A stretch of DNA of 59,495 bases from Promethearchaeota archaeon (GTDB taxonomy: Archaea > Asgardarchaeota > Thorarchaeia > Thorarchaeales > Thorarchaeaceae): NCBI GenBank assembly GCA_048939765.1, contig JBHLPF010000022.1:1-59495 (forward strand). The letters run 5' to 3'. The notes below the pieces were generated by a model. The model made no database searches. It was not told the origin of the DNA and saw only the letters and a list, made by a program, of their open reading frames with translations. The position numbers and the translations under genes are program-made. This document shows, one piece after another, positions 17,008 to 25,908 of the stretch; position 1 is the stretch's first letter, and each line of letters opens with the position of its first letter.

Positions 17008-17471
17008 ACCAAAGCCTCCTCAACAATTGTGTCAGACAAGGGCCCATGGATTGGAACGAGTCTGAGAAACGATGGAATCTCATCCAGAGGGACCACTATC
17101 TCACCGCTAGACACATACACATGACCGGGCGATAGCAAGCGGGCCACATCTTTCTGACGGGCCAATGGCACTTTGAAGTAGAGACCTTCAGGGCAGAATT
17201 CGCCTGTTACACTCACAAACCCTCCCAGTGCGTCATATGCAGATCCTATTGCACCATCTCCAAACGTGGGGCTTGTGCCTGGTTCTGCTGGTTCAATGTT
17301 GCCATGATGAAGTAATAGTTCTAAAAGATCTTCAATAAACGGCCCCCATAGCCACTTCGGACTACGATGACTATTGATTTCAAGTCCTGCAGCTGCCCCC
17401 GCGAGCCATGCCGCGCTGGGCAAATCCACAGGAGAAATCGCATGCCTCTTCAATACTTCATCTGCGAGCAT
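17004..17471 (-). CDS. Hypothetical protein (155 aa)
   Basis: TAATG overlap with the upstream gene and ATGA overlap with the RadA-like gene; GGAGG RBS. Confidence 0.75.
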   Translation of the reverse strand: MLADEVLKRHAISPVDLPSAAWLAGAAAGLEINSHRSPKWLWGPFIEDLLELLLHHGNIEPAEPGTSPTFGDGAIGSAYDALGGFVSVTGEFCPEGLYFKVPLARQKDVARLLSPGHVYVSSGEIVVPLDEIPSFLRLVPIHGPLSDTIVEEALV

Positions 17472-18220
17472 TAAATTGGAACCTCCTCTCCGATCCTGAT
17501 TCCACTGACAACCTCGGGGAGTGCCTTCAGTTCATTCAGCCACTCTTTCAAGCCAACAACCATCGGGTCGATCAGCTGACCATTGCCAAGGACTGAACTC
17601 ATCAGAGCATTTGATGCGAGAACGATTCTCTCCAGGCATATTGCACGATCAGCGTAGGACATTGGAGTGTGCCAAGGCATCGTGATATAGCCCGACTCTC
17701 CTGCCAAGAATTCGCGTATGTCTGTATTCCAGTCACCTATAACGGGGTCTCTCTTCAGAGTCCCCAACAGAACGTCGACCCAAGACTCCCATTTCTTCAT
17801 GAAGTTGTAGATTGAAGTTGATAGAGTCCTAAGAGACCCATCCCTGCGATTTGACTGTCCCTCAAACACCAAGATCAGGCGTGTGACATCATCGCTGGCA
17901 ATCGCACTGACCGCGAGTCCTTTGTTATATGATGAGGCCATGAGAGAGATAGCTGGGACAAGTCCAAGAATGTCACAAGGCAAGTACCTACCTGGAATGT
18001 CCTCCTCGAAGCGATCAAATGTCGATAGAATATCACTACGAAGTCCGATGACCAAGATGAGCCAAGCATCACGCTCTGAACCCAGGTATCTAATTCGTGC
18101 CTTGATGATGTTTCTGTCACGATTGTTGAACATGACCTGCAGAGGTAAGCTCACATCAACTAATCCTCTGCTTTTCCTTTCACATGCATTTGACAGCTGC
18201 TCTTGAAGTCGTGTGATCAT
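17471..18220 (-). CDS. Hypothetical protein (249 aa), first gene of the 15-gene operon
   Basis: Open frame coupled to the next gene; GGTG upstream of the ATG. Confidence 0.75.
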   Translation of the reverse strand: MITRLQEQLSNACERKSRGLVDVSLPLQVMFNNRDRNIIKARIRYLGSERDAWLILVIGLRSDILSTFDRFEEDIPGRYLPCDILGLVPAISLMASSYNKGLAVSAIASDDVTRLILVFEGQSNRRDGSLRTLSTSIYNFMKKWESWVDVLLGTLKRDPVIGDWNTDIREFLAGESGYITMPWHTPMSYADRAICLERIVLASNALMSSVLGNGQLIDPMVVGLKEWLNELKALPEVVSGIRIGEEVPI

Positions 18221-18307
18221 TACATCAACACCATGACGGAATCATCTGCTCTACGCTAGTTCAGATTATCTTAATGGCATGAGAGAAGCTCATTGCCCTT
18301 TGTGGGA

Positions 18308-18316
18308 GATATAAAG
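18308..18316 (-). promoter_or_regulatory. Candidate archaeal TATA box for the minus-strand operon
   Basis: Minus strand reads CTTTATATC, about 90 nt upstream of ATG 18220, in an AT-rich divergent intergenic region. Confidence 0.4.
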
Positions 18317-18526
18317 AGCTAAAACTCACCCCCTCTATTTTTTGAGGCCTTATTGATTCAAATTACAGAATATAACTACTTGTTCTCTCCTATTATATAA
18401 CAGAATTGTGAGATTCATGCAGTCAGACTGAGTTTGTTATGGATCTTGCAATGTACTGGCTGCAGCTAGATGATAGTAGAGTAAATATGTGGTTAGTTAG
18501 CAGAATGCAAAGAGGAGGTAGGAAAG

Positions 18527-20116
18527 TTGGAAGAACCTGAGAGAGAAATGGCTTCTTCAAGAACTATGGTTCTAGCCAGATTATCAGAAATTTATCCCAC
18601 ATTGATAATTTTCATACTGGCCGCAGTTATCACATCACTCTCAGTGGTCCACTATGTGTCAACGCTTCTAAGATGGACACATATAGGCTTCACCTTGGAC
18701 GATTCATGGATTCATGTGCAATATGCTAGGACGGTCTATGAGGGTCGACCTTGGCAGTATGCGCCTGGAATTCCAAGCACTGGATCAACAAGTCCACTAT
18801 GGTCAGTCATCCTCTCCTCCATCTTTTTCATAACGCATGAACCGGATGGGGTGGTTTGGGGGACCATAATAATCTCCACGATATTCTATATCCTATGTTC
18901 ATTCCTCATCGGTATGCTTGCGCGTAAATATACTGGGAGCCTAGCCTGGGCCATTCCCGCGATTCTAGGATTTGTCATGGTTCCCAAGAGCTCGTGGTTG
19001 ATGTTATCAGGAATGGAATTCCCAGTCTTTATGTTCATGATTCTCTTGAGTTTTGTCCTACTAGAGAAACCAGGATGGAAGAATGATTTACTCTTGGGTG
19101 TCATTGGCGGTCTTGTTTTTTTGGCCAGACCAGAAGGCTCCTTTATTGTAGCTATCACATTTCCATTTCGTCTTCTTAGGGTGATGAAACACGGAGAACT
19201 TGATAGAAGGAGGATACTCTCGATCATTGGTATGGGTGCAATTGCATTACTTGTTGTTGCCCCTTGGCTCCTTCACTGCCTGTCTGTCACAGGACACCCA
19301 CTTCCCGATACATTCTATGTAAAACTGCATCAATCGACTCCGGAAGAGTTAGGCCTTTGGTATTCGTGGTGGACAGTCTTTCTTATGCAGCTACCATTTC
19401 TCTCAATAGGCCTCATCCTCGGCCCATATCTGCTATTCAGAGCGAGGTCCCCTTCAGCCGCCATATGGGTCTTTGTGGTCGTCCTTATTTTGATCTATCA
19501 AGAAACAGCAGCTGTCCAGGCACTGATAAACAACACTCGATATCTCGTGCCCCTATTTGATTTGCTATTGCTTCTAACAATTGTTGGAATAGGTATCATA
19601 TTTGAGAGAACTTCAAGGGAAACAGACAGTTCTACTGTTAAGAGGCTATTCAGGTATTTTGGCGTTGCCATTGCTTTGTTCCTTCTAATTCCAAGTATCC
19701 CATGGTACATGGAACAGGCAGATCTCTATGGCAATTCGGTGAAGAACATCAATGAACAGCAGGTAGTCATCGGTAAGTGGATCAATGAGAACATTCCAGA
19801 GGGAGAAATCATCGCGATTGTTGATGCTGGCGCATTGGCATTTTTTGGGAATCGAACCACAATCGACTTAGTGGGTCTTACAACCCCTGACATGGTTCAT
19901 CTTAATCTCACGGTCCGTGAAAAAATGATTTACATAAGAGACCTAGGCTGCAACTATATCGTTACTTTCAATCGATGGTTCTGGCCTTTGCAACAAGTAC
20001 TGATTTATGGATGGAGAATATTGTTCACAGTTCACCTTCATGACAATGTAATATCTGGTGCTGATACCAAGTCAGTATATTTCATAAATTGGAGTTTGAC
20101 CTCATTGGCACCTTGA
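18527..20116 (+). CDS. Polytopic membrane protein, GT-C-fold (ArnT/PMT-like) glycosyltransferase candidate
   Basis: More than 10 TM helices; DDSWIH..YAR acidic motif in the first loop, GSTSPLW, SGME, RPEG, RYLVP, DAGA..FF, DLVGL. Confidence 0.65.
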   Translation: MEEPEREMASSRTMVLARLSEIYPTLIIFILAAVITSLSVVHYVSTLLRWTHIGFTLDDSWIHVQYARTVYEGRPWQYAPGIPSTGSTSPLWSVILSSIFFITHEPDGVVWGTIIISTIFYILCSFLIGMLARKYTGSLAWAIPAILGFVMVPKSSWLMLSGMEFPVFMFMILLSFVLLEKPGWKNDLLLGVIGGLVFLARPEGSFIVAITFPFRLLRVMKHGELDRRRILSIIGMGAIALLVVAPWLLHCLSVTGHPLPDTFYVKLHQSTPEELGLWYSWWTVFLMQLPFLSIGLILGPYLLFRARSPSAAIWVFVVVLILIYQETAAVQALINNTRYLVPLFDLLLLLTIVGIGIIFERTSRETDSSTVKRLFRYFGVAIALFLLIPSIPWYMEQADLYGNSVKNINEQQVVIGKWINENIPEGEIIAIVDAGALAFFGNRTTIDLVGLTTPDMVHLNLTVREKMIYIRDLGCNYIVTFNRWFWPLQQVLIYGWRILFTVHLHDNVISGADTKSVYFINWSLTSLAP

Positions 20117-20402
20117 AGATTCAAAGTAATGAGATTTCAAAATCTGTATCAGGAGTTTTATAATGATGGCTATATTACACAATTCCATCATGTGATTCGA
20201 TTATCATATTGCCCCTTTTTTCGAATTAGAAGCTATAATATACATAAAACAATCGCGGAAACAAACATAACCAACTATTATAAATTAACTGCGCTATGTC
20301 TGTTTTAAGCATCTCAGGCAATAGCACTTCACATCCTCTGTATATGTCTATTCTAACAGTCAGAGATTGAGCAATCTCTAGCTGTTGGAGGCATGAAAGC
20401 GG

Positions 20403-21959
20403 ATGTCAATCATGAGTTATTTGTTCAGAAAAATAGCAGCAAGAAGACAAAGGGAAATCGATTACATCCTGAACCATTCTGTCGAAGTAATGGACGAAAA
20501 GCTCACATCCATTTTAAAGCATCAGCAGGATACTGTTATAGGTAGAAAGTATGGCTTTGATACGATTCGAAATCCTGAGGAGTATAGAGAGAGAGTTCCG
20601 CTTTTTGATTATTACTCTCTTGAACCTTTGATAAAGAAGGTATACGAGAATCCAATGGGGAAGATTCTGACTTCCGACCCGGTATTCTGGTATCTTCAGA
20701 CTTCAGGTTCATCAGGTGAACCAAAAAAGCTACCCATCACTGAGAGAGGCTACAAAGACTATGGGACTGGCAGCACGTTGCTATGGATGGCATATGTGAA
20801 TCAGAACCCTGACAACGCAAAAGTGCTCGATGGCACAATGCTGATGTTTGGTGCGGCCGCAGAGATGGACAGGATAAATGGGATTCCGCTGGGCTACGCG
20901 AGTGGTGTAAGTCCTCGCATGGCGAATCCAATATTCAAACGTCTCCTGAAACCGGGAGAAGATGTGTTCAACATCATGGATATGGACCAGAAGCTGAAGA
21001 TCTATGCAGAGTACGCCGTGAAGCATGATATCACAGCTTTGATTGGAATAACCACCCTCTGTCTCGCCTTTGTGAGAAGAATGCAAGATGAATATGGGCC
21101 ATGGTTGGTGGACAGACTGAAGGGAACAAAGTATGAAGAGAGAGTCCGCCGAGTCATGGATGATGATGGAATACTTGACCTGAATGAGCTGTGGCCGAAT
21201 TTGCGACAGTTGATAGCTGGAGGAATTGATACCGACCCCTACCGTGATTGGATGAAGAGGACTCTCCCAAACATGCAGTTCTGTGAGGTGTACTCCAGTT
21301 CAGAGGGCTGGTATGCGAGCCAGATGTTTGAGGAGCCAGGTGTGCAAATTCTTCCCAATATCAACTATCTCGAGTTCATCCCGGAACATGAGGCGGAAAA
21401 GGATGCACCAGAAACCATTCCACTGTCCGACGTGAAGAAGGGGCACAGGTATGAAATGGTTCTCACGAACTTGGGAGGATACTATCGCTACCGCCTAGGC
21501 GATATGATGACTTTCACAAGCGTGAATCCATACACCGTCCGGCATATTGGTCGAAAGGGAAGAATCTCAAACCTCTCAGGGGAGAAGATAAGTGACTCTC
21601 ACGTAATCAAATCAATGGCTGCGGCTTGCGGCAAGACTTGTGCCGAGCTTATTGATTACTCAGTCGTGGGACAAGTTGGTCAAGAAACTGGTCAGGGCTA
21701 CTATACAGTTGCCGCATTGTTCAGAAATGATGAAGTAGATGTAGTTGAGTTTGTGAATGCGTTTGAAGACCACATGAAGTCAATCAATGAGGAGTTCAGA
21801 GTCGTCCGAGAGATGGGCGGAATTGGCCCGACTATCTTAAGGAGGCTGAGAGCTTCACCAGTTGAAGAGAAAATCAGGATGACAGGAAGCATTCAAGTAA
21901 AACCAATACCGCTTACAATGGACGCTGGTGTCCTAGATCTCTGTGAAGAAGCCGCCTGA
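20403..21959 (+). CDS. GH3-family (auxin-responsive GH3-like) acyl-adenylating enzyme
   Basis: QTSGSSGEPKKLP, YSSSEG, YLEFIP, GGYYRYRLGD, GEK motifs. Confidence 0.9.
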   Translation: MSIMSYLFRKIAARRQREIDYILNHSVEVMDEKLTSILKHQQDTVIGRKYGFDTIRNPEEYRERVPLFDYYSLEPLIKKVYENPMGKILTSDPVFWYLQTSGSSGEPKKLPITERGYKDYGTGSTLLWMAYVNQNPDNAKVLDGTMLMFGAAAEMDRINGIPLGYASGVSPRMANPIFKRLLKPGEDVFNIMDMDQKLKIYAEYAVKHDITALIGITTLCLAFVRRMQDEYGPWLVDRLKGTKYEERVRRVMDDDGILDLNELWPNLRQLIAGGIDTDPYRDWMKRTLPNMQFCEVYSSSEGWYASQMFEEPGVQILPNINYLEFIPEHEAEKDAPETIPLSDVKKGHRYEMVLTNLGGYYRYRLGDMMTFTSVNPYTVRHIGRKGRISNLSGEKISDSHVIKSMAAACGKTCAELIDYSVVGQVGQETGQGYYTVAALFRNDEVDVVEFVNAFEDHMKSINEEFRVVREMGGIGPTILRRLRASPVEEKIRMTGSIQVKPIPLTMDAGVLDLCEEAA

Positions 21960-21967
21960 AACATCAA

Positions 21968-21992
21968 GGAGTCAGGTACAATTCCTGACTCC
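21968..21992 (+). terminator. Perfect 9-bp inverted repeat after the GH3 gene
   Basis: GGAGTCAGG-tacaatt-CCTGACTCC, 8 nt after the stop codon and followed by a T-run. Confidence 0.55.
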
Positions 21993-22143
21993 ATCATGCT
22001 ATTTTTCCTGATATCAAGCCACCAATTCCATTAATTCCTGAGAAATACCTAAATTGATGTATGGCAAATCAGTCCTGTAATAGAGAACCTGCATAGACAC
22101 GCAACTATGGCGCTGAAAATGGCTAGGTAGAGGGTTAACCTAT

Positions 22144-23223
22144 ATGGTGCGCGTCGCTCACATCTCAGATTCGCATTTGGGATGCTCACAGTTCCAGCTT
22201 TTTGAGCGTAAGGAAGATGCACGCAAATGTTTCAAGAAAGCCATTGATATGGCAATGAGACATTCACCTGATATCTTGGTCCACACGGGGGACCTTTTTG
22301 ATAGTCCATATCCTTCATGGGATGATGCAAATTTCACTTTGGATCTATTCAAGAAGTTGAAGGAGAAGGTCTTCACAATCGTCCTTCAAGGGAATCATGA
22401 TCTCCCATATGGCTACCGGCGCACTCAGAGTCCTGTGCTAGCGCTGCAGAATGCAGGATTCATTATCTCCACAGGCTCTGAAACACATCTCTCAATGACT
22501 GAGAAGTTTGATGGTGAATTAGTGGACATTCATATGATATCTTGGACCCGTCCACGAGAACTCCAAGGTGTCATTGAGTACATACCAGCCTCAGATAACA
22601 CCTCACTGCTATTTGCTCATGATATCCCCAGTCCTCGGGATCTTGTACCTCCTCATTTTGATTATGTAGGTATTGGCCATAAACACAACTTCTGGCTTGA
22701 TGAGGATCTAGACATGGGTCGGCCCGGTTCGACTTGCGTAGTAGATTGGCGTCGCGAACAGGGTGGGAAGAAGAAGCTAATTGTCGCAGATGTGAGTGTC
22801 ACAGGAAACGAGTATACAACCGAAACGCTGAATGATGTGAGAGAATTCAAGTATCTAACGGGAATCAACATAACAGGGATGGGCTCAGCTGAGGCTGAAG
22901 AGGCAATGCGCAATCGCCTAGAGGCGCTATCGCCAAAGAAGGGCAAACCGATCATAATCATGGAGGTTGACGGCATCATCGACTCTGAAACTGAGAATGA
23001 GCTGAACCGTGCAGACCTCTTGAAATATGGTGAGGAATTACTAAAGCCGCTGTTCTTTCATATTGAACCCAAATGGAGCTCGCTAGGACCCAGAGCCATC
23101 AAACTATCTGAGCCACTGAATATAGAGAAGTCTATCGAAGACTATGTCAAACAGACTGGCGAAGGTGATCTTGCCAAGTTGCTTGGAGGACTCACGAGAA
23201 TCATTGGGAGTGAAGCAGAATGA
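22144..23223 (+). CDS. mre11: Mre11/SbcD-family metallophosphoesterase nuclease
   Basis: HISDSHLG, GDLFD, GNHD, FAH, GHKH, PGS motifs and a capping domain; ATGA overlap with the Rad50-like gene. Confidence 0.85.
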   Translation: MVRVAHISDSHLGCSQFQLFERKEDARKCFKKAIDMAMRHSPDILVHTGDLFDSPYPSWDDANFTLDLFKKLKEKVFTIVLQGNHDLPYGYRRTQSPVLALQNAGFIISTGSETHLSMTEKFDGELVDIHMISWTRPRELQGVIEYIPASDNTSLLFAHDIPSPRDLVPPHFDYVGIGHKHNFWLDEDLDMGRPGSTCVVDWRREQGGKKKLIVADVSVTGNEYTTETLNDVREFKYLTGINITGMGSAEAEEAMRNRLEALSPKKGKPIIIMEVDGIIDSETENELNRADLLKYGEELLKPLFFHIEPKWSSLGPRAIKLSEPLNIEKSIEDYVKQTGEGDLAKLLGGLTRIIGSEAE

Positions 23224-24509
23224 TAAAGAAAATCACCCTCAGAGATTTCAAAGTCTTTCATAATCAAACCTTCAGTCTAATGCCTGGCACAACTACCATC
23301 GTAGGACCCAATGGTTCAGGAAAGACTTCTATCTTGGAAGCAATTGAATTCGCTTTGTTCAGGCAAATCACTAGAAAGGAGAAGACAATCAAGGGGATTG
23401 AGGAACTCATTCGACATGGACGGAAGAAAGCTACCATAGAGCTTGAGTTCGTTGCACCCACAAACCGACGGACCTACCGTGTCGTCAGAGTAATCCACCC
23501 GAAACGAACTAGTGCAGACCTATACACAGAGAAGGAAAAGGACCCGGTCGAAAGCGGAGCAAAACGAGTTGATGCCGGAATAATCTCCTTGCTGGGAATG
23601 GACCGACACGCCTTTGCAGCATTAACATATGTCAGGCAGGGAGAGATCGATTTGCTATCAAGGCTATCTCCTAAGGACAGACAGGAAAATCTCTATGACA
23701 TGATGGGGCTGGGAGTATACAGCAAGACTGAGGGGAAGGTCCAGAAACATCTGAGTGAAATGAAGAAAGAGATTGATTCCATTGAGGAGAATCGTGCCCG
23801 ACTGATAGAGATACAAAATCGACTTCCAACTACTGAAGAGGTTGATAATGCCATTGCATCCTTGGATGCTTTAAGAGAAAGCGCGGGTGATACAGATACC
23901 ATCGAGCCTTTGGAAACCTTGGTGCAGAAGGTGAGAAACTCAGTCGCCAAGGTAGAGGAGGAGTTAGCCTCCCCCGAACTGACAGAAAGAAAGGAAGAGC
24001 TTGAGGAAGACACGAGCATTGCAAATCACTTGAAGCAATTGCTGGGCTCTATTCCTGGAGTTGCAGAGGAACAGCTCAGACCACACATCAGACATGAGGC
24101 GAGAGATATATTTCTCAGGATATTTGGAGACCGATATGGCGACTTTGTCATTGATGACGGCTATGATGTTGCCCTGTACAACTTGCGAGGCAATCGTGTA
24201 TCTCTCAGGGCGGCATCAGGTGGAGAGGACGTGTGTGTCAATTTCGCTCTTCGGGTAGCAGTCAACACTGCTCTGCAGAAGCATACCATTGCAGGACCGG
24301 CACCAGGAATGATAATCCTGGATGAACCGGGTGCAGGTCTGGATGCACAAAGACGACGATGGCTTCCAGAAGCTGTGCAGGGGCTTGATTCCGTTGAGCA
24401 AGTCATAGTGGTGACCCATATGGAAGAGCTAAAGGAGTCTGCCGATCGGGTGATTTCACTTACGCCCCAAGGAAAAGGGCGTCAGCCCCTCGTTGATGTG
24501 AGTGAATAG
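23220..24509 (+). CDS. Rad50/SbcC-like SMC-family ATPase with very short coiled coil and no zinc hook
   Basis: GPNGSGKT, Q-loop YVRQGEI, signature ASGGE, Walker B/D-loop IILDEPGAGLD, VVTH; only 429 aa and no CxxC. Confidence 0.88.
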   Translation: MIKKITLRDFKVFHNQTFSLMPGTTTIVGPNGSGKTSILEAIEFALFRQITRKEKTIKGIEELIRHGRKKATIELEFVAPTNRRTYRVVRVIHPKRTSADLYTEKEKDPVESGAKRVDAGIISLLGMDRHAFAALTYVRQGEIDLLSRLSPKDRQENLYDMMGLGVYSKTEGKVQKHLSEMKKEIDSIEENRARLIEIQNRLPTTEEVDNAIASLDALRESAGDTDTIEPLETLVQKVRNSVAKVEEELASPELTERKEELEEDTSIANHLKQLLGSIPGVAEEQLRPHIRHEARDIFLRIFGDRYGDFVIDDGYDVALYNLRGNRVSLRAASGGEDVCVNFALRVAVNTALQKHTIAGPAPGMIILDEPGAGLDAQRRRWLPEAVQGLDSVEQVIVVTHMEELKESADRVISLTPQGKGRQPLVDVSE

Positions 24510-24516
24510 GACTTGT

Positions 24517-25707
24517 TCAGTCTATATCAAATATAGTGCTTCGGATATCAGTGACATCTGCTTCTTGTGAAACAAGTTGTCGTATTCGCATTGCGACCTT
24601 CCTACTGCCCAATGATATTCCTCCAACGACCTTGTTGTCTTTGGTCACGACTTTGTAGTAGGTGCCATTACTCCGATCAACAGAGACGATTTGCTCAAAC
24701 TCCGGAGTTTCGACATGAACCTTACCAACAGAAGTTAGGTCTATGCCTGCGACCTTCAGTGTGTTAGCCGGATTGAAGCTCTCGAACCGGGCACTGCCAT
24801 GATCAATCATGTTTCGTGCGGCTATCCTCGAGGTTTCCAAAGCCCATGGGATGATTCCATACCATTCGCCATCGCATTCCGCGCAATCGCCAGCAGCATA
24901 GATTCTGGGAGAAGAGGTCTGCATATATCTATCAACCTCGATTCCTCGACGAATTGTGAGATTCGATTTGCGGGCTAGCTCAACATTCGATCGAACGCCT
25001 GTTGCAATGACAACGAGGTCCCCATCAATTGAGTCGCCAGCTGATGAAATGACACCAGCAGCCGCATCATCACCGAGAATGCCCTTGCATGTGAAGCCCA
25101 TTAGAGATGTTATACCCATCTTGTCCAAGTGCATTCGAAGAATCTCGCTGGCACCGCCATCCAGCTGAATCGGAAGAAGCCGATCCACGTTAGTAACGAC
25201 AATTGGGTCACCGCCAATCCCCTTAATCCCAGCTGCTAGCTCTATCCCCAAAATGCCGCCACCAACAATTATCTCTCGCCCAGCACCAGCGACGGCGTCC
25301 TTGATATCAATTGCATCATCAAAAGTCCGTAAGACATGCACGTTCTTTTTGTCAAGGCCTTCGAATGGTGGAACAAAGGGATAACTACCCACCGCGATCA
25401 ACAAAGAATCATATCCTGTGAATATCTTGGACGGAGTAGTCAGGGAGCGAATTCCTGCATCGATATGTGTCACAGGCGTAGCCAAGTGGAGAGTGACAGC
25501 TTGATCCTCATACCAATCCCTGTCGTAGCGGACGACTTCTTTTTGAGTCCGTTTTCCTCCTACATATTCCATAAGGTTTGGTTTCGGATAGTAGGCATAG
25601 CGCTCATCGCTGAACACTTCGATTTCTATGTCACTATCCAGGCTCTTTAGCTCACGAATAGCTGACGTCGCAGCAACGCCATTGCCTATGATTCCTACTC
25701 TGGTCAT
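24517..25707 (-). CDS. FAD/NAD(P)-dependent oxidoreductase (NADH:rubredoxin reductase/NirB N-terminal type)
   Basis: IIGNGVAA, IIVGGGILGIELA, ATGVRSN, IYAAGDCAE, LKVAGIDLTSVG. Confidence 0.9.
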   Translation of the reverse strand: MTRVGIIGNGVAATSAIRELKSLDSDIEIEVFSDERYAYYPKPNLMEYVGGKRTQKEVVRYDRDWYEDQAVTLHLATPVTHIDAGIRSLTTPSKIFTGYDSLLIAVGSYPFVPPFEGLDKKNVHVLRTFDDAIDIKDAVAGAGREIIVGGGILGIELAAGIKGIGGDPIVVTNVDRLLPIQLDGGASEILRMHLDKMGITSLMGFTCKGILGDDAAAGVISSAGDSIDGDLVVIATGVRSNVELARKSNLTIRRGIEVDRYMQTSSPRIYAAGDCAECDGEWYGIIPWALETSRIAARNMIDHGSARFESFNPANTLKVAGIDLTSVGKVHVETPEFEQIVSVDRSNGTYYKVVTKDNKVVGGISLGSRKVAMRIRQLVSQEADVTDIRSTIFDID

Positions 25708-25908
25708 CTCAATCGCAGATAGCTGTCCCGGGCTGATGCTATATGAACTTGACCCTATGGTGACTACAACAGATCTAGAGAAGAGGCTTTACCAGCAGAT
25801 ACATGAGAATCCGGACAATTCTATTTGACTTGCATTACACCTTAGTCAAACATCTCCATTGGAGCTGCTGGAAGCCTTTCACAGAGCAGATATTGCAGTA
25901 GACACTAG

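Noticed and set aside
2556-18220. Operon interpreted as an integrated conjugative element or provirus
   Set aside because: No integrase, relaxase, primase, capsid gene, tRNA target or flanking direct repeats were seen, and the VirB4-like protein lacks a functional P-loop.
20117-20402. AT-rich intergenic stretch as CRISPR leader, origin or ncRNA
   Set aside because: No repeat-spacer array, ORB-like repeats, adjacent cdc6 or convincing structure was seen; most simply it is promoter/terminator DNA.
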